Source: Selaginella moellendorffii
Lineage: Eukaryota > Plantae > Lycopodiophyta
Reading direction: 5' to 3'
Length of the DNA stretch: 64,000 nucleotides
Assembly: GCF_000143415.4 (NCBI RefSeq)
Contig: NW_003314408.1
Coordinates: 180,320 to 244,319, forward strand
Both the position numbers and the translations under genes were made by a program. Shown here piece after piece: positions 35,109-46,702 of the stretch (positions are counted from its first letter, which is position 1; each line of letters starts with the position of its first letter). A model generated the notes under the pieces. It ran no database searches. It was given only the letters and a program-made list of their open reading frames with translations, and was not told the origin of the DNA.

Positions 35109-36624
35109 TCATCATCACGCGAGGATCATCGATGTGGTCCGGCAGCTCAAATCCTGCGGCGCCGCCAGGGATCTGGCTCGCGGCCAGCAGCTCCACACCC
35201 GGATCGCCGCCGATGGGCAGCAGCAGCTCCATCGCCACCATTTCGTCGCGAATGCCCTGGTGGAGATGTATGGCAAGTGTGGCAATCTGGGCGATGCCCG
35301 GGACGCGTTTGCTTCCATCCGCTGCCCCAACACCTTCTCCTGGAACATCCTCATCGCCGCGCACATAGAGAATGGGGACACTACCTCCGCTGTTGCCATC
35401 TTCAACGCCATGCCCGAGAGGAAGAACGCCATCACCTGGACGATGATGCTGCTGTTGTACGCGCGGAGCGGCGATGTCGAGAAATCATGGGCGATCTTCC
35501 TCGCCATTGCGGATCGGAACTGCGGCGCTTGGAACGCAATGATCACCGCATATGCCCAGAACGGGCATTCGGAAGAGTCGTCTCGGGTGTGGGCGAAGAT
35601 GCCCGAGTGGAATGTTGTCTCGACCACCGCTCTTCTTACTGGATACGGCGCAAGCGGGAATGTCGTTCGTGCTTGGGAGATGTTTGTAAAGATGCCCGGC
35701 CGAGATGCTGCTTGCTGGAACGCTATGATCACAGCAAATGCCCAGAATAGGTATGTTGACAATGCAACCATCTTGTTTAACAAGATGCCTCTACACAATG
35801 TGGTGACAATCACAATGCTTATCTCTGTTCTCGACGTAGACTCTGCCAAGTCTACATTTGATTCTATGCCGGGGAGGAATTTAATTTCGTGGAACGCTAT
35901 GCTCACGGCTTATGCCCGCGCCGGGCATGTCCTCGAGGCGTCCAAGATGTTTGAATCGATTCCCGAGCGCGATATTGTGGCCTGGAACTCGATGATTGAC
36001 GCGTTTTCAGAGAACGGCGAGATAGCAAAAGCGCAGGAGGTCTTTGATCGAATGGCGGCTCGAAATGCCATGTCGTGGACAAGCATCGTGGCGGCATATG
36101 CCCGGAAAGGGCATCTGGCGCTGGCTTGGTGCAGATTCGCCGAGATGCCGGTCCGGAACGTTGTGGGGTGGAGCTCGATTATTCAGGCGTCTGCGCACTG
36201 CGGACTCTATGATCGTGCGCTTGAGCTGTTCCGTGAGATGGTTCTTGAGGGAGTGAGAGCAAATTCAGTGACCTTTCTGGGAGTTCTCTGTGGGTGTTGC
36301 CATGGTGGGAGAATAGCCAAGGCTCGGCAGCATTTTCTCTCAATGATTGGTGACTATGGAGTAGCCCCAATCTACGAGCACTACCGCTGCCTGATTGATG
36401 CTCTTGGAAGAGCCAAGCAGCTTGAGCAAGCTGAGGATTTGATGTGGAGTATGCCCTTCTTGCCAGATGTTCATGCCTGGACTAGCTTGCTAAGCGCTTG
36501 TAGAGTTCTTGGTGATGTAGAACGAGGAAGTCGCATTGCCAAGAAGATTGTGGAACTCTTTCCTAAAGACCCAGCCTCCTATTTATTAGTTTCTAACATG
36601 GTGACCTACAAAACAGATTTATAA
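35023..36624 (+). CDS. PLS-class PPR protein with E-type extension; start overlaps the upstream PPR
   Basis: LKSCGAARDLARGQQLH, EMYGKCG, repeats, HYRCLIDALGRA, SYLLVSN. The nearest in-frame ATG upstream of the N-terminal motifs is 35023. Confidence 0.85.
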   Translation: MELHTSSSPIATRAHEEEEEQQGNQDRRDHHHARIIDVVRQLKSCGAARDLARGQQLHTRIAADGQQQLHRHHFVANALVEMYGKCGNLGDARDAFASIRCPNTFSWNILIAAHIENGDTTSAVAIFNAMPERKNAITWTMMLLLYARSGDVEKSWAIFLAIADRNCGAWNAMITAYAQNGHSEESSRVWAKMPEWNVVSTTALLTGYGASGNVVRAWEMFVKMPGRDAACWNAMITANAQNRYVDNATILFNKMPLHNVVTITMLISVLDVDSAKSTFDSMPGRNLISWNAMLTAYARAGHVLEASKMFESIPERDIVAWNSMIDAFSENGEIAKAQEVFDRMAARNAMSWTSIVAAYARKGHLALAWCRFAEMPVRNVVGWSSIIQASAHCGLYDRALELFREMVLEGVRANSVTFLGVLCGCCHGGRIAKARQHFLSMIGDYGVAPIYEHYRCLIDALGRAKQLEQAEDLMWSMPFLPDVHAWTSLLSACRVLGDVERGSRIAKKIVELFPKDPASYLLVSNMVTYKTDL

Positions 36625-38243
36625 AGAAGATGTTTTTTAAAGCATGGGATATCTTTTAAATATATAAAAATGATTTTTTCTGTAAAATAAAATTATAACA
36701 ATTCTATTTTACAAGCCATTTTTAACATAAATAGTTTTGCCATGAAATATTTAAAAAACTTTAGGTTAATTTCCTAATTTTTATAAATAAAATTAATACC
36801 TTCATATAAAATTAAAACATTATCTTCAAAAAAACTATTTAATATTATAAATAGTTTTTTAAACATTAATATACACTTTAATATATTTTAATAAGTTAAA
36901 TAAATATAAAAAAATTATTATTTATCATATACTGTATTTCTATTTTATAACATTAGGAGTTTTATATTGGAACATATGAAAAGTGTAAATACTTTTTTAA
37001 TAAAAAAATTTTTTGGGCATGCTATATCTCCCAAGAGAGCTAAAGTCTCTGTTCCTATTCATATATTTAAATGAAAGAGCTGGTATAATAACAGAAATTA
37101 GTATATATTACATTTAAATAATAACAAAATAAATAGTATAAATAATTTCATTGAAAATATTTTATATAAATTTTATTTTTTAATTGGCCTTTTTAAATGA
37201 ATATAAAAACGACATAAATAAGGGTTATTCAATAAATGTAAAAAGAGCATCTCAATGATAAAAGTACTAAATATTTAAGAAATATTTATAAATTTTAAGG
37301 GCTACTTATAAATAATTACAATTAAATGATACACTATATTTTTAATTTATGTATTTTTATAGTATTTTTTTCTTTTTGTTTCATTTTGCATGTGAAAAAG
37401 ATAGACTAAAAATACCTAGAGACTTTCATATAAAAATATATATTATTTATTAATAAATAAGTGTTAATATCAGTTTTATTTTAACTAATATAAAAAACAT
37501 ATATAACCTATACTTCTTCTCAAAGTGTTTTAATCCGTTTTATTTACTAAATTTTTAAAAATGATTTTAAAACTTTCTGGTGTAATCTCAGCACAAATAA
37601 AAGTATCATATAAAATCAGCACTATGAAATTTTAGGTGAGCAAGCGCTATTGCTAGCCAAACAACCATAATAATGAGCCAAAGCACATAACTCAAATTGA
37701 AGCACTTGTGGCCATGGCCACACCCAATAGCCACACTTGGGCAACACCATGGCCACAGCCATGGCTGATTACACAACTTCCACAATTTCCACTTGGCCAC
37801 CAAACCTACTGCTGCTAGCTGGCTAAAAAGAGGAGAACAAAGACATGCTACCTCAGTGGTGAATTCCTCGTGTCCAGTATTTCTTCCACAGCTGGATCAA
37901 ATCGCTGCCCGGCGGGAAAAAATTAGGGTCCTTGGTTGACGCCTCTGCTTCTGGAATCCAAGAGTTTTGGCATTTCTCCAGAGTCATTTTAAGCACTATT
38001 TTACTATTTTACTGTAAGGAACTGGGCGCTGGGCGAGAAATACTGTTCGATTTTTTTAATTTTTTTTCACCAGAAGGCCCAGCATTGGATGGGCAATTAC
38101 TAGTATTCAATAAATCAACTTGTCACAATAACAACTCATGAAAAGCTGCATAAAAACCTTATAATTTAACAAGAAGTACCTCTGAAAATTCGAATTTTAG
38201 AGAGAAAATCCTCGCAATATATTCCCCTATAAGTCGCAACACG

Positions 38244-39056
38244 TCAAGGCTTCTAAGAAAAGCAAAGGAAAAATCAGTTTGACAAGATAAAGATGAGGAG
38301 CCCAGCCTTACCTGCACGGGTAGAAAGAGCTTGAACTCGGGAGGGAGCTCCTCTTCCGAGAAGAGCCTCTCGGAGAAGTAAATCCTCCTCAGCCTGCAAT
38401 TCGCGTGAACTTGCACCCGCAACGTCTCCACGTAGTTCGTTCCATAGGCACGCCTGGTGAAATCCGCGAGATTGAACTGCACTTGGTTCCAGCCCTCGTC
38501 CAGGCGCATTGGCATCGTGCATATGAAAGGCTTCACACGCGTGCTCGTCTGCAAGAGAGCTCAAATCTCGAGCGATCTCGTGTGTAGCGTCTAGAGAGAG
38601 TACCTGGAAATTCGACGCCCGGAAGCGACGCCTTACGTTCTTGTCGTCGAGGACTTGGACCTCGAAGGTGAAGTATTTCTTGAGGTTCTTGATGATCATC
38701 ACTAGAAATGGCAGCTTGATGCCCAGCGTCATCGCTGGATCCGAGGGGCAGGAAATGAAATTGGTGCTGACGTTGGTTCCCATGATCTCCAGCACGATGG
38801 ACTGGATGTCATCGTCCGTGATCCTCTTGATATGTCCATTCGACACTGGAGAGTGGAAAACAAAAATGCAAAGGGAAAGAGTTGAGATCTCCATAGCTCG
38901 CGCTCTTGAGAACTTTACCATCTTTCTCCCAAATCTGAAGAGGTTTGCTCCTGCCAGAGAAGATCAAAGCTTTAGAATTTTGGTTCTGAGCTGGAGAGCT
39001 TACCCGATGCTGTAGAAGATTGACAAGAAGCCCGACTGGAAGGTGTTCCTAAACAT
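38244..39056 (-). CDS. CFAP20: Cilia- and flagella-associated protein 20 (BUG22), multi-exon
   Basis: [81 protein letters not shown]. Confidence 0.95.
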
Positions 39057-39485
39057 CTTCCCTACAGGTGACCCTCCCTCCGCACGAGAATTTGATTGTA
39101 CTCCGGGCGAGAAGTCTATACGAGCCAACGAGAATTTAGTTGAGCTGCCCGCTCGATCAATCAACCCTAAATTTCCTGAGCTCCCTACCAGATCCTTGAC
39201 GAGCAGGAAAACGATGACGAAGAAGAGCACGAACAGGATCTCAAACTCGGCCAGCCGCACGAACGCGAAGATCGAGCTCACTGCCCTAGTGAGCAGCGAT
39301 GGAGACGCTCCAGCCTGATGGCGCATTGAACTGAAGAACCGGCGGCGATCCACTCGCGCTCGCAGCTCCCGCGGAGCCCTAGCAAATTCCTTCCAATGGT
39401 CGCGAACCTCAAGCGCAAAGATCACTACAGCCAAATGCGAGAAAGAAAGCCCCCCGTCTCCAGCGCCATGTCATTACGCCACCAG

Positions 39486-39530
39486 TGACGTGGAAAACCA
39501 TCTCCAAATTACGTGGCTTTTGTGACGTGG
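39486..39530. promoter_or_regulatory. Cluster of three ACGTGG (G-box/ABRE; two TGACGTGG) elements in the CFAP20-reticulon divergent promoter
   Basis: TGACGTGG at 39486 and 39523; ACGTGGC at 39511. Confidence 0.5.
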
Positions 39531-39752
39531 CACCGTACTGGTAGGCCAGCCGTACGGTGACGGTTTGGGAAGCCGACGGTTGCGATCGGCCGAGAGGATC
39601 GCCGTCCCTTCCTTTCCCGCCCCTACTTTGACACAAAACCCTTACTTTGGGGCGGAGGGGCGTTTTCTTGCGCGCTCTAGCTCGATCTTATAGGTCTTTC
39701 CATCTCCTCTGGAGGATCATCGATCGATCTCACCGGTTTTGGTATTTGCAGG

Positions 39753-41025
39753 ATGTCTTACCAGCGGATGCATTCGGATCTATCCGGCGACAAGGCGCCA
39801 ATAGCTTCGATGCGCAGGATCCAGTCCGATATCTCCTCCGCGCAACCAGAGGTACATTCATGGGGTATTGGACAGGCGCCGCCGCAGCAACAGGCCCACC
39901 AGCAGCAGCAAATGCTGCCTAGCCAGATACAAATCCAACCTAGTCAGCAGCAGCAGCAGCAGCAGCAGCCACCGGCGATGGATCAGAAGGTCACGACGGT
40001 GGCGGGCGGGACGGCTCCAGTCCCGAGTTTGCTCCACAGGGAGCGATCCGTTCATCAGATTCTTGGAGGCGGCAAATGTAAGTTCCTGCTATTTTGTCTT
40101 GTGGGTCTATCTGGTTTTTCTAGAGAGCTACACATAGATGTTCTTCATGTTGTGTTGGACAGAGAGCTTAAAAGAAGTCGAGAGTTGCAAGTGTGATCGA
40201 AAGCTCGACCTTTGCGCAAAGTCGTCGAGCGTTTATATGCTTTTATTTCGTTTCATGGTAGTCATTCTCACGTTTTTTTCACTCTTTTTGTTTTGGCAGT
40301 CGCTGACGTAGTGCTCTGGAAGCAGAAGCGCAAGTCCATTGGTATTCTGGGAGGCTCCACCTTGGTGTGGTTCATCTTTGAGTGGTCTGGCTACACGCTC
40401 ATCTCGCTCGTCGCCAACATCGTTCTTTTCCTTTTGATCGCGCTCTTTGCGTGGGCGAATCTAGCTGCGCTCGTCAACAGGTATTCTTTGTGCTTAGCTT
40501 TATAACTCGAGGGGAATCAATCGTGTTCGTTTTTCTTGTTGTGGATTCCAGGCCTCTTCCTCCTGTTCCCGAGGTCCAGCTCTCAGACGAGAAATCTAAC
40601 AAGATTGCCAAGCGCGTGGCCAAGGAAGTAAATGGCGTTCTTAACTACGCACGCTCTTTGTCCACGGGAAAAGATTTCCCAATGCTTCTCAAGGTAATCT
40701 TCCGTCCTGTTTCGGAAACGAAAACTAAAGCTATTCTTGCAGACTTGTCTCATGTTGTGGGTTCTCGGCAACGTTGGACAATGGTTCAGCTTGCTCACAC
40801 TCATCTATCTCGGTAAAGATCGACCAAACTTCCACAGTGCCTTGGTAGTGATTCTCCGTTTCCTTTCCAGGTGTTATTGGAACTCTCACGCTGCCATTAG
40901 CCTATGAAAGACACGAGGACCAGATTGATCAGTTCATCCAGAAGATCGTCCAGAAAGCGAGGAACCAGTATCACAAGCTTGACGAGTGCTGCCTTAGCAA
41001 ACTTCCCCAGTGTTGCAAAAACTAG
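39753..41025 (+). CDS. Reticulon-like protein (RTNLB), multi-exon
   Basis: RERSVHQILGGGK / ADVVLWKQKRKS, WFIFEWSGYTLISLV, PPVPEVQLS, YERHEDQID. Confidence 0.92.
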
Positions 41026-41255
41026 AGATTCACACTTTTAATTTAAAACGCGCCAGAAGTTCTGACGCATTTCATGCGCTTTTGAGAATATGCTGTAACC
41101 GTTATGCCTTTGCTAGGGTTTGTGGAGGGAGACGTGGCCATGTCTGCTGGCGTTCCCTGTCTCTGGGCGCTGGATTGACGCCATCGCCCTGCCGCAAGGG
41201 CGCCGGATCGGTGCCACCCTAATCCCTGGCAGCGCGCGCGGATCTGGGGGGCAAA

Positions 41256-44200
41256 ATGTCTGTAGATAGCATGGTTCTTGAGGAGGAACTGGATAGCAGC
41301 TACGAGGCCACTGATGAAGGTGCGTTTCCCTTGCGCGCGAGATGATAGCTCGGAATAGCTGAGACAGATGGTTTCTCCTGTGTAATCGTGTAGAGGTTGC
41401 CGAGTATGCAATGTGGCTGGGATTCGATTTGCCTCATGAGAAGCAGCTGCTGTGGATAGCTAGAGAGGGATTAAAAGCGGAGTTACCAGCACAATGGAAA
41501 CCATGGTATGTGTTCTCTTTTTTTTTTTGGTTTTTTCCTTTTTGTTTCCATCGATTGAGTTGGCTGCTATTGTAGTCGGACAGAAGAGGACGAGATCTAT
41601 TATTTTAACTTCGATACTGGGGAGAGCACTTGGGATCATCCGTGCGATGATTTCTACAGGTATGCTTTTTTTTCTTCTTCTTTTGCTTCAATATCTGTTT
41701 CTTTGTAGGAAACTGTATAAAGAAGAAGCTCTTAAGCTGAGCAATCAACGGAAGATACAGCAGCTACAAGCGTCTTCTCGGGCAGAACAGGTAACTTTGG
41801 CTTTTTTCTTCTATATTCTGGTTGTTTGTTTTTTTGTTTTTTTGTTTGAATTCTAGGTGCGACTTAATGCTGCCAACAAAGTGGGAAATGGTAAGCAAAG
41901 TAGCCAGATCGAGTGTTGTAAATCATTTTATGGTTTTCTTCGTTGCAGGCGCAGTGGCAGGAGACCATTGCAACAAAAATACTTTTCACGTCTCCGAATG
42001 CAAGGATGTAAGTAATATCGTTTCTGTCAGCTTTATCAAATGGCTTTGTTTGTACAGCTTGTTCCAGTAACCAATATTGTTGAGGAAAAACCTGGGAGGC
42101 TGGTCGTGAGGTGGAAATCTGCCTTAAGTGATGTAACTGACCGTGACCAGAAAAGAGCTCAGCTGAAGGAGAAAATGAAGCTAAAGATCGACGACGGTGA
42201 ACCGCTAGACAAAGGGAATGCGAGCCCCACCCAGATCCCGGTTATAGAACTTACTCCCGTCAGCAGTGAGCATAAGAATCCGACGCAGAGGAGCTTGCAG
42301 CAAGGACAGAACTATCAGAATCAACGACAGGAGATGATCGAACAAGTCGAAAGGCGGATAGAGATTGAAAAGAAGCTTTTGCACGAGAGGGATGCGAAAC
42401 AACTCGAACGGGAGCTTGATCGTGAGCGGCAGTTTCTAGATATCCAGGAAATGCAGCGCAAACGGGCGACGGAAGCCAAAAGACAGCTAGATGCGGAGGC
42501 ATATCGGAAAAAGGAGGAGGAGCTGATATCTCGAAAACAAAAGCGGGTGGAAGAATTCAAGTCAATGGTGAGCGAGGAGCTAGATTCTTTTGAAAAATCA
42601 CGCAGAGAAAGGTTACAAGAATATCGGGAGAACTTGCTCGACAAGGAGATCCAAATGATGCAGTTGGAGAGAGACGAAATGAGCCGTCGAGTTTCTAAAG
42701 CCGTGGAAGGTTACGACGGCGTCGTAACACGAGAGCTGAGGACTAAGATGCTTGAGAGAGCCAAGCAAGATGTAGCGGAGACGGAAGAGGCCAGTTTTGC
42801 ATCGGAGTTCCAAGCAGTGATCGAAAGAGTCGGGAAGAGCGTCCAGCTAGAAGCGGAAAAGCTGCAAAAGGAGCTCCAGCAACAAACTGAGGCTGAGATG
42901 GCGGGCCTGAAGCGCTCACTCCTGAAGCACAAGCGAGAAGAAATGCTCCTACAAGTGGAGACAGTGGACGCCGAGCTGAGAGCGGAGATGGAAAGGATGG
43001 AAACCATCATCAGGGAAGCTTACGAGAGAAAAAGCGTTAGAACAGAGAACGGTGGCGACAGGTCCCGCACTCCCGACGACATAGAAAGCGTGAACCACTT
43101 CCAGGCCAACGGTGCTTTTACGAATGCCTTGCAAAAAGCCGCATGCGAAGTGCTCCTCAACATGGTGGTGAAGGGCAGAGCAGACCACAAGGAAGAGAAG
43201 TGCTGCGAAGAAAAGTTTAGCGAGATAAAGCATTGGATGGATGGCTTCGAGAAGAAGATGAGGACGCTGATGGTGACGATAGAGGACACACGGGACTCTT
43301 TTGCCGGCTACAGGACACACTCAGATCGGCGACGACGGAGTAGCTGTGCTTGCGACGCCAACGTCCTTATGTGCGAAGCCTTTCAACCTTTCTGTCACGG
43401 ATCCGGGGTTATCGACGCTGCAGGGTGCTCAAACTCGCAGGCCAGAAGCTCCAACGTAAACATTTCCCTGAAGCCGAAACGACCATCGCCAACTTGTAGC
43501 TGCGAATATTATGGCGGACCTGGAGTTTACAGCAAGCCGAGGAACACAGCGGAGCACTGGAAGGTGGACGTTGAGACGGACAGTGACGCTGGTCGAGTGA
43601 GCGATCGGGCTCATAGCTCCAGGATGGGAAGGCATAAGAGAGAGAAGGCGCTTAAGTGCAAGAAGAAGGTAAAGCATTCGCTTCAAACTCGTGCTGCTGT
43701 AGCTGGAAAACGTTGTACAGGTGAGGATCCGGGGGTGCAACAAAAGAGTGGGGAAAGAGCGAACTTTGGCAACTTAGGTGCTCCTGCGATCTACGATGAG
43801 CAAGACACGGCCAGCAACCTTGACGACGAGCCGGGTGGCTTGAGTCTAAGCAACAGCGCATGTAGCAGCAGTGGCTCCGGAGAAGGAGAAGTGAAAAAGC
43901 GCGGCAGGCTCAACCGGCTTCGCAAGGGACTGTTCGTCGTCAAGGGAAAGTTTCTCAAGTGGTCAGCCGCGAGGGCAAACGCCACCGGCACTAGCACCGC
44001 CACCACCACTAGAGCGGTGCGGGGAGTCCAAAAGGCCGATATCGCGAAGCTCCAGCTAGAGTGTCGGAAGAAGCTGAGGCAGCTACCAATCGGTTTGAGG
44101 TGGAAAGTCGCCAAGCTTGTCAGGCGGTCGCCTCGCTCCAATGGTTTCTACGCATCGGCAGACGAGTGGCCAAATCTCGAGTCTGAATCATCGCCAGACT

Positions 44201-44295
44201 TTCTCAATGACATCCCACCTGTGAGTTTTTCTTTTTTCCTTTCGTTTTTCTAAGCCTTTTCTTCGGCCTCCATCTGATTTCGTAAGCAGGTCTGA
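41256..44295 (+). CDS. CEP164: CEP164-like centriolar distal-appendage protein (N-terminal WW module plus long coiled coil); 3' end uncertain
   Basis: Spliced N-terminus [87 protein letters not shown] matches the CEP164 signature (VLEE...WLAREG...LPxxWKPC...IYYFNF...WDHPCD). It is followed by an E/K/R/Q-rich coiled coil (42040-43300). Confidence 0.8.
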
Positions 44296-45186
44296 TGGAA
44301 CAAGTTACAACACCTCAAGCAAGGAACCGGCTGGAAAGGCGGACATCTTGCGTGAGGTCTGCCTTTTGTTTTCCTGAGAGAGGATGGCATTTGTTCCGAG
44401 AGAGCTTTGGATTCTTATCTCATGCACCAACCTTCCTGGCAGTGATGGCGCGACGCAAACCAACCTTGCGAAGTCAATAAGAGAGCTCTCGCTTCCAATT
44501 GCTATCCTGGATGGAGAAGGAAAGGGAAACGAAAAAAAGCAAGAAAGGCGATGGCCAACGTCAACAAGCAAGCATCTCAGTTGCGTATGCAGAAGAAAAA
44601 AGTGTTGTCAACATCGCATACTGTAACACTCCTGTCTGTCCGGCTGATCAGGTAACAGTGTCACTTCCTACTTTTGCTTCCATGTTTTCTACGCTTTTTT
44701 TCCTTCCGACTTTTCTTATGCTAACCCGATCTCTCTGCTGGGCTCTGAACTGATTGCTTGTCTCCTGCAGCAGGAATCCACAGTGGGAGATCCGCCGCGT
44801 AAGCGCGAGTGATGTCACACACCTCTTCCCGATCGATCGTGCGATGTTGCTGGCCGGCAAAAAACGAAAGGCGGTGGTGGTGCTCGCTCGCACTAAAAAC
44901 TCAAAGAGTAGGGAGACAGTCCAGATGCGCTGCAACATGCTCTGGTGGTCGAGCTCGTTCGTCTCCAAGCTCTTCCTACGGATCTTTCGTCACTACAGAG
45001 ATTACATTACAGATATCAAGCAGCAGCAGTAGCAGCACCAGAGATTCTTTCGGGTTTGGACAAGTCCAGCAGCCATAGCTTTTAAGCCAAGCAAGACAGG
45101 TGGGGGAGAAAGAAAGAAAAAGAAAAAAAAAAAAAACAGCACAGCGTAGAGTATGGAGCAGTACTGTATAAAGTGAACAAGGCAGA

Positions 45187-46524
45187 TCACTTGTTGGCAG
45201 CGGTCAGTTGGTCCTCGGCTGCCCGTGGAGCTGGCAATGCAACGGAAAAGGAAAGAAAAAAGAAAAAACACAAAAACAAAAACGCAACAGCAGATCAGAT
45301 GAGGAACCAAACAAAGTTGACAAAACGCGAGAGATCTTCGGTTGCTCACCTAGACCAATGGCTTCGGAACCTTTCATGATCCTCAGGCGCTTGACGGCCC
45401 CCACAAACATCCTGATCGAGAAGAAGAAACGAGCAAAACGTAAAAAAAACGAAAGTGGCGATCGACAACACTTACTCCCAAGGAACATCGCCGACGAGCA
45501 TGAGATCGCCGTCCTTGTCTTCGTACGTGAGCACGTAGTCGGAGCCATAGATGAAGTTAAACTTCTTGGTGTCGCTCACGAGCTTGTCCTTGGCCACGGC
45601 CTTGCCGGCTCCGGATTGTCCTGCCAAGATCACAAGTAAGCGCTCTCTATCCTCGGATCACCGCTACGTTACCGCTGATGAATCGTCTAAACATCTCCTC
45701 CAGGGCGCCGGACAACCGCTCGTAGCTGCTGTGAGTCCGCAAGTTCACCTTCCTCCCGATTGGAACTCCATCCATGTACACCTTGACGAGCTGCGATCCC
45801 GCTGCCTGGTGCTGGGACGAAGTTCCAGGGGTGGCGGCGGCGGCGGCGGCGGCGGCAGCTGGGCTGGAGGGATTGGACAGAGAGTCCACCGTTTTGGCGT
45901 GATGAACAGTGGGAGCCGCGAGTGAATTCTTCCGGAATGATTGGACTGGGGGCCATCCCACTGGAGCCCTGTCGTCACGAGAAAGAGCTAATGAGATCGA
46001 TCCAACCAAAATCCAATTCGCGGCGCTGGGACTCACCTGGACTGGCTCGCGTCCTCCACGACGTGCTTCTCCACGCACTCGTGAAGATCCGGGGGCTTGA
46101 GGTGGCACGACGAGGACGAGGACGAGGATCGCTGCTGCTGCTGCTGCTGCTGCTGCGGATGCCAGGCCTGGGCATCTGGTGTCACGCTTGGGGCAAATCG
46201 AGCAGGCTGCTGTGGCTGCGCGGGCTTGGATTTGGCGCTCGACCCATTTGCCCCTTTGTCCTCCTTGTCCCCGTGATGCTGCTCGCTGCCGTTCTTGTGG
46301 AACCCATTGGAGCGCTGCTGCTGCTGCTCTAGCTCGTCTTCCTGTGGAGATCCGGGCAGCCCCAGCTGGAGCTCCGTCCTTCGCATGTTGAGACCACCCG
46401 CGCTTACCTTGATGCTACTGCTGCTCTTGCCGGCCAGGGGATTCTGCTGCTGCTGCTCGGCCAGGCCAATGTAATCGTGCTCCTTGGCAGCTTGGCTCCC
46501 TGTTGCCTCTGCTTCCAGTGTCAT
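45187..46524 (-). CDS. IAA: Aux/IAA auxin response repressor, multi-exon
   Basis: Domain [10 protein letters not shown], degron [12 protein letters not shown], domain [19 protein letters not shown], domain [22 protein letters not shown]. Confidence 0.94.
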
Positions 46525-46670
46525 GGATCGATCAATGGAGCTTCCTCTCCTGCTTGCTCCCTTGTTCTTGGAGGAAGACTACTCGCCCATCACCATCGCC
46601 TCAATCTGGCACACGCGCAGGCTTTAGATCTCAAGCTCACACAGGCTAGAGAGAAGAGAGAAGCCGAGAG

Positions 46671-46702
46671 TGAGAGAGAGAGAGAGAGAGTGAGTGAGAG
46701 AG
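46671..46702. repeat. (GA)n tract in the Aux/IAA 5' leader
   Basis: Direct reading. Confidence 0.75.

Noticed and set aside
36630-37600. Extremely AT-rich kilobase, possible MITE or Helitron
   Set aside because: No terminal inverted repeats, TSD or CTRR hairpin identified by eye.
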